Below the pieces are notes generated by a model. That model did not search any database. It was given only the letters and a program-made list of their open reading frames with translations, and had not been told where the DNA came from. Position numbers and translations under genes: made by a program. Below are positions 38,449 to 46,374 of a stretch of DNA of 64,000 nucleotides, piece after piece. The DNA is from Escherichia phage ES19, in sequence record MN508616.2. The stretch is one strand, 5' to 3'. Positions within the stretch are counted from its first letter, which is position 1; each line of letters opens with the position of its first letter.

Positions 38449-38922
38449 TCATTTGATTTGTTTAGCAGACCAAATGCGGTCTTTAATAATTTTTTGGATG
38501 TCTTCAACATACTCAAGAGAGTGAACATGTGGATTATCTTTGAAACTATAAGCACGGGCTAACTTTTGGCCTTCGGTTTTGATTACTAAAAGCTCTTTAA
38601 GGATAGCTTCATATTTAGCGATAATTCCTTTAACGATATTTTTTTCTTGTGCCGCTTTAGGATCTGCTTTAGGAGCAGGTTTACCCGAAGCCTTTGCAAA
38701 AGCAGCGCCAGTAGCAACTAAACTTTTCCAGGCCATACTAACTGCATTTCCCGTAAATCCTTCCGCTTTCATGTCGCGTGCAAACTGGAATCGTGATTCA
38801 TCAGAAGCATCTTTATAGGAATATTTACCCGCGGCAATGGCAGCTTTTGCAACAGCTTGAATTTCGGTGCTAGATGCTTCATTTAACACCGCTTCATTTA
38901 AAAATTGAGTATATGATTTCAT
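38449..38922 (-). CDS. internal-protein-like protein with capsid-targeting-sequence-like N-terminus
   Basis: 157 aa from ATG at 38922 (MKSYTQFLNE-A...) with RBS AGGAAATAAG; the track ORF extends upstream through the promoter and terminator. Confidence 0.5.
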   Translation of the reverse strand: MKSYTQFLNEAVLNEASSTEIQAVAKAAIAAGKYSYKDASDESRFQFARDMKAEGFTGNAVSMAWKSLVATGAAFAKASGKPAPKADPKAAQEKNIVKGIIAKYEAILKELLVIKTEGQKLARAYSFKDNPHVHSLEYVEDIQKIIKDRIWSAKQIK

Positions 38923-38960
38923 CTTATTTCCTGTTTTAATTTGTAGATTTAATATACTAA

Positions 38961-38968
38961 TATTTATA
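38961..38968 (-). promoter_or_regulatory. T4 late promoter motif TATAAATA (minus strand)
   Basis: tatttata on plus, about 39 nt upstream of the ATG at 38922. Confidence 0.5.
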
Positions 38969-38974
38969 CCAAAA

Positions 38975-38998
38975 AGCCCCAACCTTTCGGTCGGGGCT
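38975..38998 (-). terminator. rho-independent terminator; copy B of the 31-bp direct repeat
   Basis: Identical to 38418..38441; lies downstream of the non-coding RNA-like region. Confidence 0.6.
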
Positions 38999-39000
38999 AA

Positions 39001-39300
39001 GCCTTGCGGCAACCTTGTCGGGGTTCCACCTGCTAAGGCAAGTGTTTGTACGAAACGCCGGGATTCGAACCCGGTTATTAAGTAGTTGACGCTACTCAAT
39101 ATTTTTAAAAGGCCATATCTCGACCATATCCGAACGTTCCGTCAAAAACGCTACTCGGCTTACGGCAAAGATATTTCCTCGAATCGATAATTCGGTGCGC
39201 CGTTTCTGCTGTGATAGTAAAGAGCCAGAACACAGTAAAACTGTGGGAGGAAACTATACTCCAGGGAACATCAGTCCGACGACTTACCGGTAGCGACCCG
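39001..39300 (-). ncRNA. candidate small stable RNA(s) with tRNA-like 3' domain
   Basis: About 300 nt without a credible ORF between ORF 39306..39656 and the terminator; GC-richer than surroundings; canonical T-arm CCGGG-TTCGAAT-CCCGG on minus (plus 39058..39074) with possible acceptor pairing CGGAACG/CGTTTCG but no full cloverleaf. T4 encodes two stable RNAs next to its tRNA cluster. Confidence 0.3.
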
Positions 39301-39305
39301 GTTTC

Positions 39306-39656
39306 TTAATATTCTTTTAAAGAATCAATATATTCACGGCGTTTACGCCACAAATCAATTGCTTCATACGCGGATTCAGCATTTCGAATTAGCCGGCATT
39401 TATGTAAAGACTTATGATTTTGATATTGTGTAGATAACGGAATTGTATCTAAAAGGTCTTTACGATCAAAATATTCGTAACCATCTAAACCAAATGAACG
39501 ATTTTTGAGAAATTGCCAATGACCATATTCGTTTTCGACATAAACATAATCTGCATGCTGATAAAGCAAATTAATTACACGTTCAGAAATAACAGTATCA
39601 TTATGATTAAAATAGAATGTTAAATCATGAACTACTAAATAAACATTACCTTTCAT
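39306..39656 (-). CDS. hypothetical protein co-transcribed with the tRNA cluster
   Basis: 116 aa; ATG at 39656 is 18 nt downstream of the tRNA-Arg 3' end with RBS GTGAGGAAA; no recognisable motif. Confidence 0.5.
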   Translation of the reverse strand: MKGNVYLVVHDLTFYFNHNDTVISERVINLLYQHADYVYVENEYGHWQFLKNRSFGLDGYEYFDRKDLLDTIPLSTQYQNHKSLHKCRLIRNAESAYEAIDLWRKRREYIDSLKEY

Positions 39657-39674
39657 ATTTTCCTCACTTATAAT

Positions 39675-39750
39675 TGGTCGAGGCAGTAGGGATCGAACCT
39701 ACGACCTAGGACTTAGAAGGTCCTTGCTCTTCCTTCTGAGCTATGCCCCG
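39675..39750 (-). tRNA. tRNA-Arg (anticodon UCU)
   Basis: Cloverleaf folded by hand: acceptor CGGGGCA/TGCCTCG, anticodon loop CTTCTAA, T-loop TTCGATC, encoded CCA. Confidence 0.8.
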
Positions 39751-39754
39751 TAAT

Positions 39755-39830
39755 TGGGGTGACCGATGGGAGTCGAACCCATGACTACGAGAATCACAAT
39801 CTCGAGTTCTACCAACTGAACTACGGCCAC
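39755..39830 (-). tRNA. tRNA-His (anticodon GUG)
   Basis: Acceptor GTGGCCG/CGGTCAC, anticodon loop TTGTGAT, T-loop TTCGACT, encoded CCA. Confidence 0.75.
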
Positions 39831-39924
39831 ATTAATACCTACTCCAACAATCAAGATGTCTTCACACGAAATTAAGAGAAGAGTGATCAGTTCAACCCCT
39901 ATAATCGCGTCAAGTAGATATTAA

Positions 39925-39940
39925 TGTGACAGTTGTCACA
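39925..39940 (-). repeat. perfect hairpin tgtgac-agtt-gtcaca in the spacer between tRNA-Asn and tRNA-His
   Basis: 6-bp inverted repeat read directly; candidate processing site. Confidence 0.4.
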
Positions 39941-39944
39941 AATT

Positions 39945-40019
39945 TGGCGGACGTGATAGGATTCGAACCTATAACCAATCGCTTAACAGGCGATCGCTCT
40001 GCCATTGAGCTACACATCC
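39945..40019 (-). tRNA. tRNA-Asn (anticodon GUU)
   Basis: Acceptor GGATGTG/CACGTCC, anticodon loop CTGTTAA, T-loop TTCGAAT, encoded CCA. Confidence 0.8.
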
Positions 40020-40023
40020 AAAT

Positions 40024-40110
40024 TGGTGGGGAGTGGTGGAGTCGAACCACCCGAGTCGCAATGACAATGGATTTACAGTCCACACCGCTACCTCTACGGG
40101 ATAACTCCCC
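40024..40110 (-). tRNA. tRNA-Tyr (anticodon GUA), long variable arm
   Basis: Acceptor GGGGAGT/ACTCCCC, anticodon loop CTGTAAA, T-loop TTCGACT, encoded CCA; 87 nt. Confidence 0.75.
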
Positions 40111-40119
40111 AAATTAATT

Positions 40120-40194
40120 TGGTGGCCCTGGGTGGAATTGAACCACCATCTGGCGATTATGAGTCGCTTGCTTGAACCTTCCAGCTACAGGGCC
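40120..40194 (-). tRNA. tRNA with CAU anticodon (Met, or Ile if C34 is modified)
   Basis: Acceptor GGCCCTG/CAGGGCC, anticodon loop CTCATAA, T-loop TTCAATT, encoded CCA. Confidence 0.7.
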
Positions 40195-40195
40195 T

Positions 40196-40271
40196 TGGTG
40201 CTGATTGACGGAATCGAACCGCCGACCTTCTCATTACAAGTGAGTTGCTCTACCTACTGAGCTAAATCAGC
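40196..40271 (-). tRNA. tRNA-Thr (anticodon UGU)
   Basis: Acceptor GCTGATT/AATCAGC, anticodon loop CTTGTAA, T-loop TTCGATT, encoded CCA. Confidence 0.8.
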
Positions 40272-40276
40272 AAAAC

Positions 40277-40366
40277 TGGCGGAGGCGATAGGATTTGAAC
40301 CTATGAGTCGCCGGAGCGACTGCCGGTTTTCAAGACCGGTGCATTAAACCACTCTGCCACGCCTCC
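40277..40366 (-). tRNA. tRNA-Ser (anticodon UGA), long variable arm
   Basis: Acceptor GGAGGCG/CGCCTCC, anticodon loop CTTGAAA, T-loop TTCAAAT, encoded CCA; 90 nt. Confidence 0.8.
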
Positions 40367-40368
40367 AG

Positions 40369-40442
40369 TCTCCGTGGCAGGATTTGAACCTACGACATTC
40401 TGCTCCCAAAGCAGACGCTCTACCAAACTGAGCTACACGGAG
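40369..40442 (-). tRNA. tRNA-Pro (anticodon UGG), CCA not encoded
   Basis: Acceptor CTCCGTG/CACGGAG, anticodon loop TTTGGGA, T-loop TTCAAAT; only 2 nt separate it from tRNA-Ser (dimeric precursor arrangement as in T4). Confidence 0.8.
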
Positions 40443-40452
40443 TAAATTAAAT

Positions 40453-40526
<74 letters not shown>

Positions 40527-40531
40527 AAATT

Positions 40532-40618
40532 TGGTGCGAGAAGTGGGACTCGAACCCACAAGGAAATCATTCCGCAGCATTTTAAGTGCTGTGCCTTTAC
40601 CAATTTGGCCATTCTCGC
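40532..40618 (-). tRNA. tRNA-Leu (anticodon UAA), long variable arm
   Basis: Acceptor GCGAGAA/TTCTCGC, anticodon loop CTTAAAA, T-loop TTCGAGT, encoded CCA. Confidence 0.8.
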
Positions 40619-40619
40619 G

Positions 40620-40692
40620 CTGGGAATAAAGGACTCGAACCTTTGCATCCTGGAATCAAAATCCAGTGCCTTACCAACTTGGCTAATTCCCA
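40620..40692 (-). tRNA. tRNA-Gln (anticodon UUG), CCA not encoded
   Basis: Acceptor TGGGAAT/ATTCCCA (U1-A72), anticodon loop TTTTGAT, T-loop TTCGAGT; 1 nt from tRNA-Leu (Gln-Leu dimeric precursor as in T4). Confidence 0.8.
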
Positions 40693-40693
40693 A

Positions 40694-40717
40694 TTATTAA
40701 CAAAGGCTCTTAAGCAA
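40694..40717 (-). promoter_or_regulatory. possible MotA-dependent middle promoter for the tRNA operon
   Basis: Minus strand TTGCTTAA (near MotA box) followed about 12 nt later by TAATAAT ending just upstream of the tRNA-Gln 5' end; weak motif match. Confidence 0.3.
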
Positions 40718-40789
40718 GAACCCTTGATGATAGAGGGTATTAATCAGTGCGATATGAGTTAATAATAACAAATAATTCTTAAAGCATAT

Positions 40790-41077
40790 TTACCATTTAT
40801 AATAATACATATTTACGATGCATTCAAGACCCAAAGGATTCTTGAAAATATCATATTCAAGAGGACCTTTTTCTGTTTCAATAAAGAAATCAAAATTTAC
40901 TGTATTAAATTTACGTTCTTCCTTCACTAATTTAACTTGAGAAGATGAACGGTCAATGTAAACCTTTTCAACTTCAAAACATGTTAAAATGCCATAATCA
41001 TCAATCAAAGCTTTAGCCGCGTCTTGATCATATTTATATCCATTTTCAATGGATGATACTTTCGCATAAAGAATCAT
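40790..41077 (-). CDS. hypothetical protein
   Basis: 95-aa ORF upstream of the tRNA cluster. Confidence 0.45.
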   Translation of the reverse strand: MILYAKVSSIENGYKYDQDAAKALIDDYGILTCFEVEKVYIDRSSSQVKLVKEERKFNTVNFDFFIETEKGPLEYDIFKNPLGLECIVNMYYYKW

Positions 41078-41079
41078 TA

Positions 41080-41478
41080 TCAGCCTTCATCAACAATAGT
41101 GTGAGTATTAGCATTTACGATTTGCCACCAATCAAAGCGATTAGAATCCATCGGTTTGTTTTCATTTTCTTTGATAATGTCACGGAGTTCATCTTCAGAG
41201 AATGCTTTAGCAATTAAATCGGTATACCCACCACGGGGATAATAATTATCACCTGCAAACAAAAGGAAATTTACCTTCCCGGAAGCAACATATGCTTCCT
41301 TAGGATACTTGTTTCCTGCGTGGTCAACCACTTCAATATAACGGTAAGGAATATCGGTTCTTTCAGCCCATTGCCATGCCGCCGCAGGGGAATCGAAAGC
41401 ATCTACACCTAAACGATTATCTTCATCTTTAGACGGATTATTTTCGTAATCCGCATATACATAATATTCAACGTTCAT
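41080..41478 (-). CDS. hypothetical protein
   Basis: 132-aa acidic ORF. Confidence 0.45.
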   Translation of the reverse strand: MNVEYYVYADYENNPSKDEDNRLGVDAFDSPAAAWQWAERTDIPYRYIEVVDHAGNKYPKEAYVASGKVNFLLFAGDNYYPRGGYTDLIAKAFSEDELRDIIKENENKPMDSNRFDWWQIVNANTHTIVDEG

Positions 41479-41663
41479 TATTCACCTTTAGAAATTTTAT
41501 CCATAACAATAGCAATTAAACCAATTAAAAATGCTACTACAAGTGAAAACACATTTTCTGCTGTAGTCAATAATCCACATATAAATCCAACAAACATTGA
41601 AAAACTAAAAGCGGAAGCAGAAATTGCAATAGCAACATTTCGAATTAATTCACAACGTTTCAT
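41478..41663 (-). CDS. small membrane protein
   Basis: 61 aa, mostly hydrophobic; RBS GAGGAGAA; downstream of the promoter at 41692..41720. Confidence 0.45.
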   Translation of the reverse strand: MKRCELIRNVAIAISASAFSFSMFVGFICGLLTTAENVFSLVVAFLIGLIAIVMDKISKGE

Positions 41664-41691
41664 TTTATTCTCCTCAGTAGTAGATAGGGTA

Positions 41692-41720
41692 ATAGTATCA
41701 CTACCCTATCTAAAAGTAAA
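41692..41720 (-). promoter_or_regulatory. sigma70-type early promoter with -10 flanked by a perfect 9-bp inverted repeat
   Basis: TTTACT-17-TACTAT on minus; gatagggta (41683..41691) and taccctatc (41702..41710) bracket the -10. Confidence 0.45.
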
Positions 41721-41721
41721 C

Positions 41722-41955
41722 TTATTTTTTACGAAAAATTGATTTATTTTCTGCTGCCCATTTTTCAATAACTGCAGCAGGACCAGTAACAACAATTTTA
41801 TCACCGTAATCTTCTGCGGCGAGTTGACCGAAATTATCTAATGCATCACGAAGAACTCCATGAGGCATTTCACCCATTTTATCTTTCTTGCCAGTGTAAA
41901 TAAACTCAACTTTTACATCAGCAGTTTCAGCAATAAATTCTTGGTAAGTTTTCAT
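41722..41955 (-). CDS. internal-protein-like protein with canonical capsid targeting sequence
   Basis: 77 aa from ATG at 41955: MKTYQEFIAE-TADVK, identical to the T4 IP leader as recalled; the track ORF adds four upstream codons; rest of the protein does not look like T4 IPI as recalled. Confidence 0.55.
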   Translation of the reverse strand: MKTYQEFIAETADVKVEFIYTGKKDKMGEMPHGVLRDALDNFGQLAAEDYGDKIVVTGPAAVIEKWAAENKSIFRKK

Positions 41956-41989
41956 TTTGATTTCCATTTGGTTTTGTTTTGATAGGGTA

Positions 41990-42018
41990 ATAGTATCACA
42001 ACTAAAACCCTATGTAAA
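41990..42018 (-). promoter_or_regulatory. sigma70-type early promoter (TTTACA-17-TACTAT), degenerate copy of the inverted-repeat module
   Basis: gatagggta at 41981..41989 with only a partial right arm. Confidence 0.4.
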
Positions 42019-42031
42019 CAACTTTGTGAAA

Positions 42032-42289
42032 TTATTTTAAATCTTCTAATCGTTTCTTCATCTTAGAACCATTTTTAGCAATTTCTCCTGCATCGGAGCA
42101 TAATGCTAAAAGTGCTTTAACTTTAGTTTGGTCTCCTTTAAAAGATGAAGGATCGACCGCAGCAGCAAGTTCTTTAATACGAGAGAAAAGACGCTCAGCT
42201 TCAGCTAAAGCCATTCCAAGCTTTACTTCCATACCGTGGGAAGATTCAGTGATAGTAGTTTTTGTAGCAAACTCTTTGAAAGTTTTCAT
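42032..42289 (-). CDS. internal-protein-like protein with capsid-targeting-sequence-like N-terminus
   Basis: 85 aa; MKTFKEFATKTTITE-SS; RBS AGGAAAA; preceded by an inverted-repeat promoter. Confidence 0.45.
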   Translation of the reverse strand: MKTFKEFATKTTITESSHGMEVKLGMALAEAERLFSRIKELAAAVDPSSFKGDQTKVKALLALCSDAGEIAKNGSKMKKRLEDLK

Positions 42290-42320
42290 TTTTATTTTCC
42301 TAATTAATTTTGATGAGGTA

Positions 42321-42349
42321 ATAGTATCACTACCTCATCAGTATGTAAA
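42321..42349 (-). promoter_or_regulatory. sigma70-type early promoter with -10 flanked by a perfect 9-bp inverted repeat
   Basis: gatgaggta (42312..42320) - atagtatcac - tacctcatc (42331..42339); -35 tgtaaa at 42344..42349. Confidence 0.45.
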
Positions 42350-42362
42350 CAACTTTGTGAAA

Positions 42363-43047
<685 letters not shown>

Positions 43048-43048
<1 letters not shown>

Positions 43049-43773
43049 TATAGTACCTTTAGTGTATTTTTAATTTTAGAAAAAAGTTCTTCAAGAGAAC
43101 CATCGTTTGTAATTACTAAATCGCCATCACGAATTGGCAATCCAGCTTCTGTAATATGTGTATCATTGGATTTTTGACCAGGACGAACTACATGAATTAC
43201 TGTAGCACCCATCGCCCTAGCCGCATCCATTTCATGATCTTGACGGGTATCAGGAACGATATAATAATCATAACCTGAGTTAAATTTATCAAGATAATCT
43301 AAAGCAAATAATTTTACCCAGTACATGCGGTCGAAGTTATTAACAATCAAATCCGTACCTAGGGCTTGCATCAGACGACGGACTGACCATTGATCTTCAA
43401 TATTATTTATAACGTCAGTAATTTTGTTAAATGCTACGAAATTAACTGATTCTTTTCCTTCGTCATCAAAAACAAACACACCTTTAATTGGGCTTTTACC
43501 ATTAAGATAGCAAAATGCTTGTTCCATAATCATAATTACTTCTAATTTAGTCAAATTCAAATTAGTCTCACGATCATAGTCAATTCCTTCAAACTCTCTA
43601 CGAGTTAAGCAAGGATAGTCAGTGTTTGCTGCAAATACACCCCATGCATAAGCCAATGCATCTTTAATAGGACCAGCAAGTTGATATTTAACTGCAGAAT
43701 AATTATTCATGATAAAATCTGCAGTAGTATCTTTTCCACTACGCTTTACACCACTTAAAAAGATTAGTTTCAT
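43048..43773 (-). CDS. 1: deoxynucleoside monophosphate kinase gp1
   Basis: 241 aa; P-loop GVKRSGKDT; T4 gp1 length. Confidence 0.9.
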
Positions 43774-43822
43774 GTGTTTCTCCTCAAATTTAGTTAAGAT
43801 TATAACACATGAAACTGAAGCA

Positions 43823-44353
43823 TTAAACTTCTGCTATAATTTTGCCATCTTTTTCTACTTGAAAATACGTATAAGGAATCGTTGCTGTGCATACTAAAGC
43901 TGGGTCTGAATCTTCCGTGTAGCTAAATTCTACTTCAGACAGGTCAGAAACCCAAGGCTTATAAAAATTTATTGACATCACGATTTCAGTTTTACTATTA
44001 TCTAAAATGTAAAGCGTAATGTATTCAGGACCTGTTTTTTGGGCAGTATTTTCGCCTGTAAGATAGTTACTAGTTCCTAGCATCCATTCATACATTCCTA
44101 TCCACGACTTAAGCTCTTCGTCAACTATAAATCTCACGATGAGTGGATCGTATTCAAATGTAACTCCTGGACGTTGTGCTCTGCCTAGTCCAAACGGCCC
44201 AGTCACGGTATCAGTAACAGGTATCCTAATTCCTGGAATAGGAACTGACTGAGCATTTAAAGTAAAAGCAGATGTAGTATTACTATGTGGTATTGATACT
44301 ACAAAGTTAGTTGTATTTGCTTGGTTAAAAATTTGTTGCAGAGCTTGCGACAT
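43823..44353 (-). CDS. 3: tail completion / sheath stabiliser gp3
   Basis: 176 aa from ATG at 44353 (MSQALQQIFNQ...) with RBS GAGGAA; the track start 44434 is an extension. Confidence 0.8.
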   Translation of the reverse strand: MSQALQQIFNQANTTNFVVSIPHSNTTSAFTLNAQSVPIPGIRIPVTDTVTGPFGLGRAQRPGVTFEYDPLIVRFIVDEELKSWIGMYEWMLGTSNYLTGENTAQKTGPEYITLYILDNSKTEIVMSINFYKPWVSDLSEVEFSYTEDSDPALVCTATIPYTYFQVEKDGKIIAEV

Positions 44354-44459
44354 ATATTCCTCATAATGCTTTATAACTGTTGGTGGTATAATGGGTCTAA
44401 GTCCCTTCCATTCAATTCCATTTAGAACAAACAACAGAAAAGAATGGAAGATAATAGAA

Positions 44460-45284
44460 TTAAATATTTGACCAGACTTTGTTTGCAGAGAAACGTTTTC
44501 CTTTTGAAACGAACTGCTGAAGTGGCATCAATACAACGTTCGCCCAGTCTTTCGGGGCGATTTCAACAAGGCTACCCATAATATTACCAGGTATATATGC
44601 CTTAATCATTTGGTCTGCACCCCTAAATCCTTTCACTTGACTCCAATCAATTTTTAATTTCGTTTTATTAGTAATAGTAGGTGTATTTGAATATTGCTTT
44701 AAAAGCTCTTCTAGGAATTGCTGGCGAGCTTTAGGTGGAATATAGTGCAAGTTCAATCCGTACATTAAATTATGCTTACCTAAACCAAGGTAAATTATCA
44801 AAGGAAATTTATCCCAGTAAGGAAGAGTTTCCTTGTGTTTAGCATCATAAGCAAAAGCATATATTCGTCCCGGCTGCGGGCGAACAACTTTATGTCCTTT
44901 TACTTGCTTAATAGTTTCAGCAAACCACTTTCTGGTTTTATTATTAATTGCTGCGCCTTCATTACGAATTTTATCACGCAATGTTTGCCTGAATGAATTT
45001 ATCATAAGCAGTTGTCTTTCTTGCTTATTGAGTTTATTCATTGGTTTTGATTCAAGCTTTTGAATCTTTTCAGCTGTTTTAATTCCTGAAGCATATTTTG
45101 ACATTGCCGAAGTAAACGTAGAGTATTTGATTCCTCTTTCTTCAGCAAATTGCTTTCCTGTCATTCCTTTTGCTTTGGCCTTTTTATATTCAAGACCTAT
45201 CTGAATCCATTTCTTTTCGTTTAATGATTGCTTAACCTTTGGAACTTGGGGAGTGCTTTCATTAATTATTTGAAAAATAGCCAT
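44460..45284 (-). CDS. 2: DNA end-protector gp2
   Basis: 274 aa; T4 gp2 length and position. Confidence 0.85.
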   Translation of the reverse strand: MAIFQIINESTPQVPKVKQSLNEKKWIQIGLEYKKAKAKGMTGKQFAEERGIKYSTFTSAMSKYASGIKTAEKIQKLESKPMNKLNKQERQLLMINSFRQTLRDKIRNEGAAINNKTRKWFAETIKQVKGHKVVRPQPGRIYAFAYDAKHKETLPYWDKFPLIIYLGLGKHNLMYGLNLHYIPPKARQQFLEELLKQYSNTPTITNKTKLKIDWSQVKGFRGADQMIKAYIPGNIMGSLVEIAPKDWANVVLMPLQQFVSKGKRFSANKVWSNI

Positions 45285-45736
45285 TATGCCCCCTTAAAGC
45301 CAAGAGCTCGTAATCCATCTTCTGTCAGAATTCTAAATTTTATTCCACGCTTTTCAGCTAAAGCTTGAGCTGCTTTCCATTTGTCGGTATTAACAGAATA
45401 TGTATAAATTTCATTCATAAATCTTTTCTTCGCTGCGGTTGTTAGATGTGCTGGTTTAACTGGTGGTTGTGTTTCTTTTTTAGGTTTTATTTCAATAAAA
45501 AATTCTTGTCCAGAAGAATCTTTCATCCAAATATCCATGAAGTATCTACGTTTTTTCCCTTCTGCATTACAAAAATAAGGAATTACTGCTGTTTCACTAC
45601 CCCATGCAATAATTTCTGGATTTTTATCTAACCATTCAAAAAAGAATTTTTCCCAATTTGATCTATACGTAATTTTTTTAGGGTCACCTCTATACTTTGA
45701 TATATTTTTAGGAACCCATTTTCCAGAATATGCCAT
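45284..45736 (-). CDS. 4: head completion protein gp4
   Basis: 150 aa; T4 gp4 length; divergent from gene 53. Confidence 0.85.
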   Translation of the reverse strand: MAYSGKWVPKNISKYRGDPKKITYRSNWEKFFFEWLDKNPEIIAWGSETAVIPYFCNAEGKKRRYFMDIWMKDSSGQEFFIEIKPKKETQPPVKPAHLTTAAKKRFMNEIYTYSVNTDKWKAAQALAEKRGIKFRILTEDGLRALGFKGA

Positions 45737-45747
45737 TGGATTCTCCT

Positions 45748-45755
45748 TATAAATA
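45748..45755 (+). promoter_or_regulatory. T4 late promoter TATAAATA for gene 53
   Basis: tataaata on plus, 29 nt upstream of the gene 53 ATG; RBS AGGAGGG. Confidence 0.6.
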
Positions 45756-45762
45756 GATAATA

Positions 45763-45770
45763 TATTTATA
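45763..45770 (-). promoter_or_regulatory. T4 late promoter TATAAATA for gene 4
   Basis: tatttata on plus, in the 47-bp divergent region between genes 4 and 53. Confidence 0.55.
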
Positions 45771-45783
45771 AACAGGAGGGCCC

Positions 45784-46374
45784 ATGCTCTTTACATTTTT
45801 TGATCCGATTGAATATGCGGCCAAAACGGTGAATAAAAACGCGCCGACTATTCCTATGACAGATATTTTTAGAAACTATAAAGACTATTTTAAACGCGCT
45901 CTTGCGGGATACCGATTACGTACTTATTATATCAAAGGTTCACCACGCCCGGAAGAATTAGCAAATACTATATATGGAAATCCACAGTTGTATTGGGTTT
46001 TATTGATGTGTAATGATAATTATGACCCATATTATGGATGGATTACTTCACAAGAAGCAGCTTATCAAGCATCTATACAAAAATACAAAAATGTAGGTGG
46101 AGACCAAATAGTATATCATGTGAATGAGAACGGTGAAAAATTTTATAATTTAATATCATACGATGATAATCCATATGTTTGGTATGATAAAGGTGATAAA
46201 GCTAGAAAATATCCTCAATATGAAGGAGCACTTGCTGCTGTTAATACGTATGAAGATGCTGTTCTTGAAAATGAAAAACTTCGTCAAATAAAAATAATAG
46301 CAAAATCAGACATTAATTCATTTATGAACGACCTTATACGTATAATGGAGAAATCTTATGGAAATGATAAGTAA
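45784..46374 (+). CDS. 53: baseplate wedge protein gp53
   Basis: 196 aa; T4 gp53 length and position. Confidence 0.85.
   Translation: MLFTFFDPIEYAAKTVNKNAPTIPMTDIFRNYKDYFKRALAGYRLRTYYIKGSPRPEELANTIYGNPQLYWVLLMCNDNYDPYYGWITSQEAAYQASIQKYKNVGGDQIVYHVNENGEKFYNLISYDDNPYVWYDKGDKARKYPQYEGALAAVNTYEDAVLENEKLRQIKIIAKSDINSFMNDLIRIMEKSYGNDK

Noticed and set aside
38579-38818. Plus-strand ORF 38579..38818
   Set aside because: Antisense to the CTS-bearing gene 38449..38922.
39058-39074. T-arm-like CCGGG-TTCGAAT-CCCGG as a twelfth tRNA
   Set aside because: I could not fold a complete cloverleaf with D and anticodon arms around it; kept only as part of a candidate stable RNA.
38923-39099. Upstream extension of the track ORF 38449..39099
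   Set aside because: The extension reads through a late promoter, a terminator hairpin and part of the RNA region; the real start is the ATG at 38922 with an RBS.
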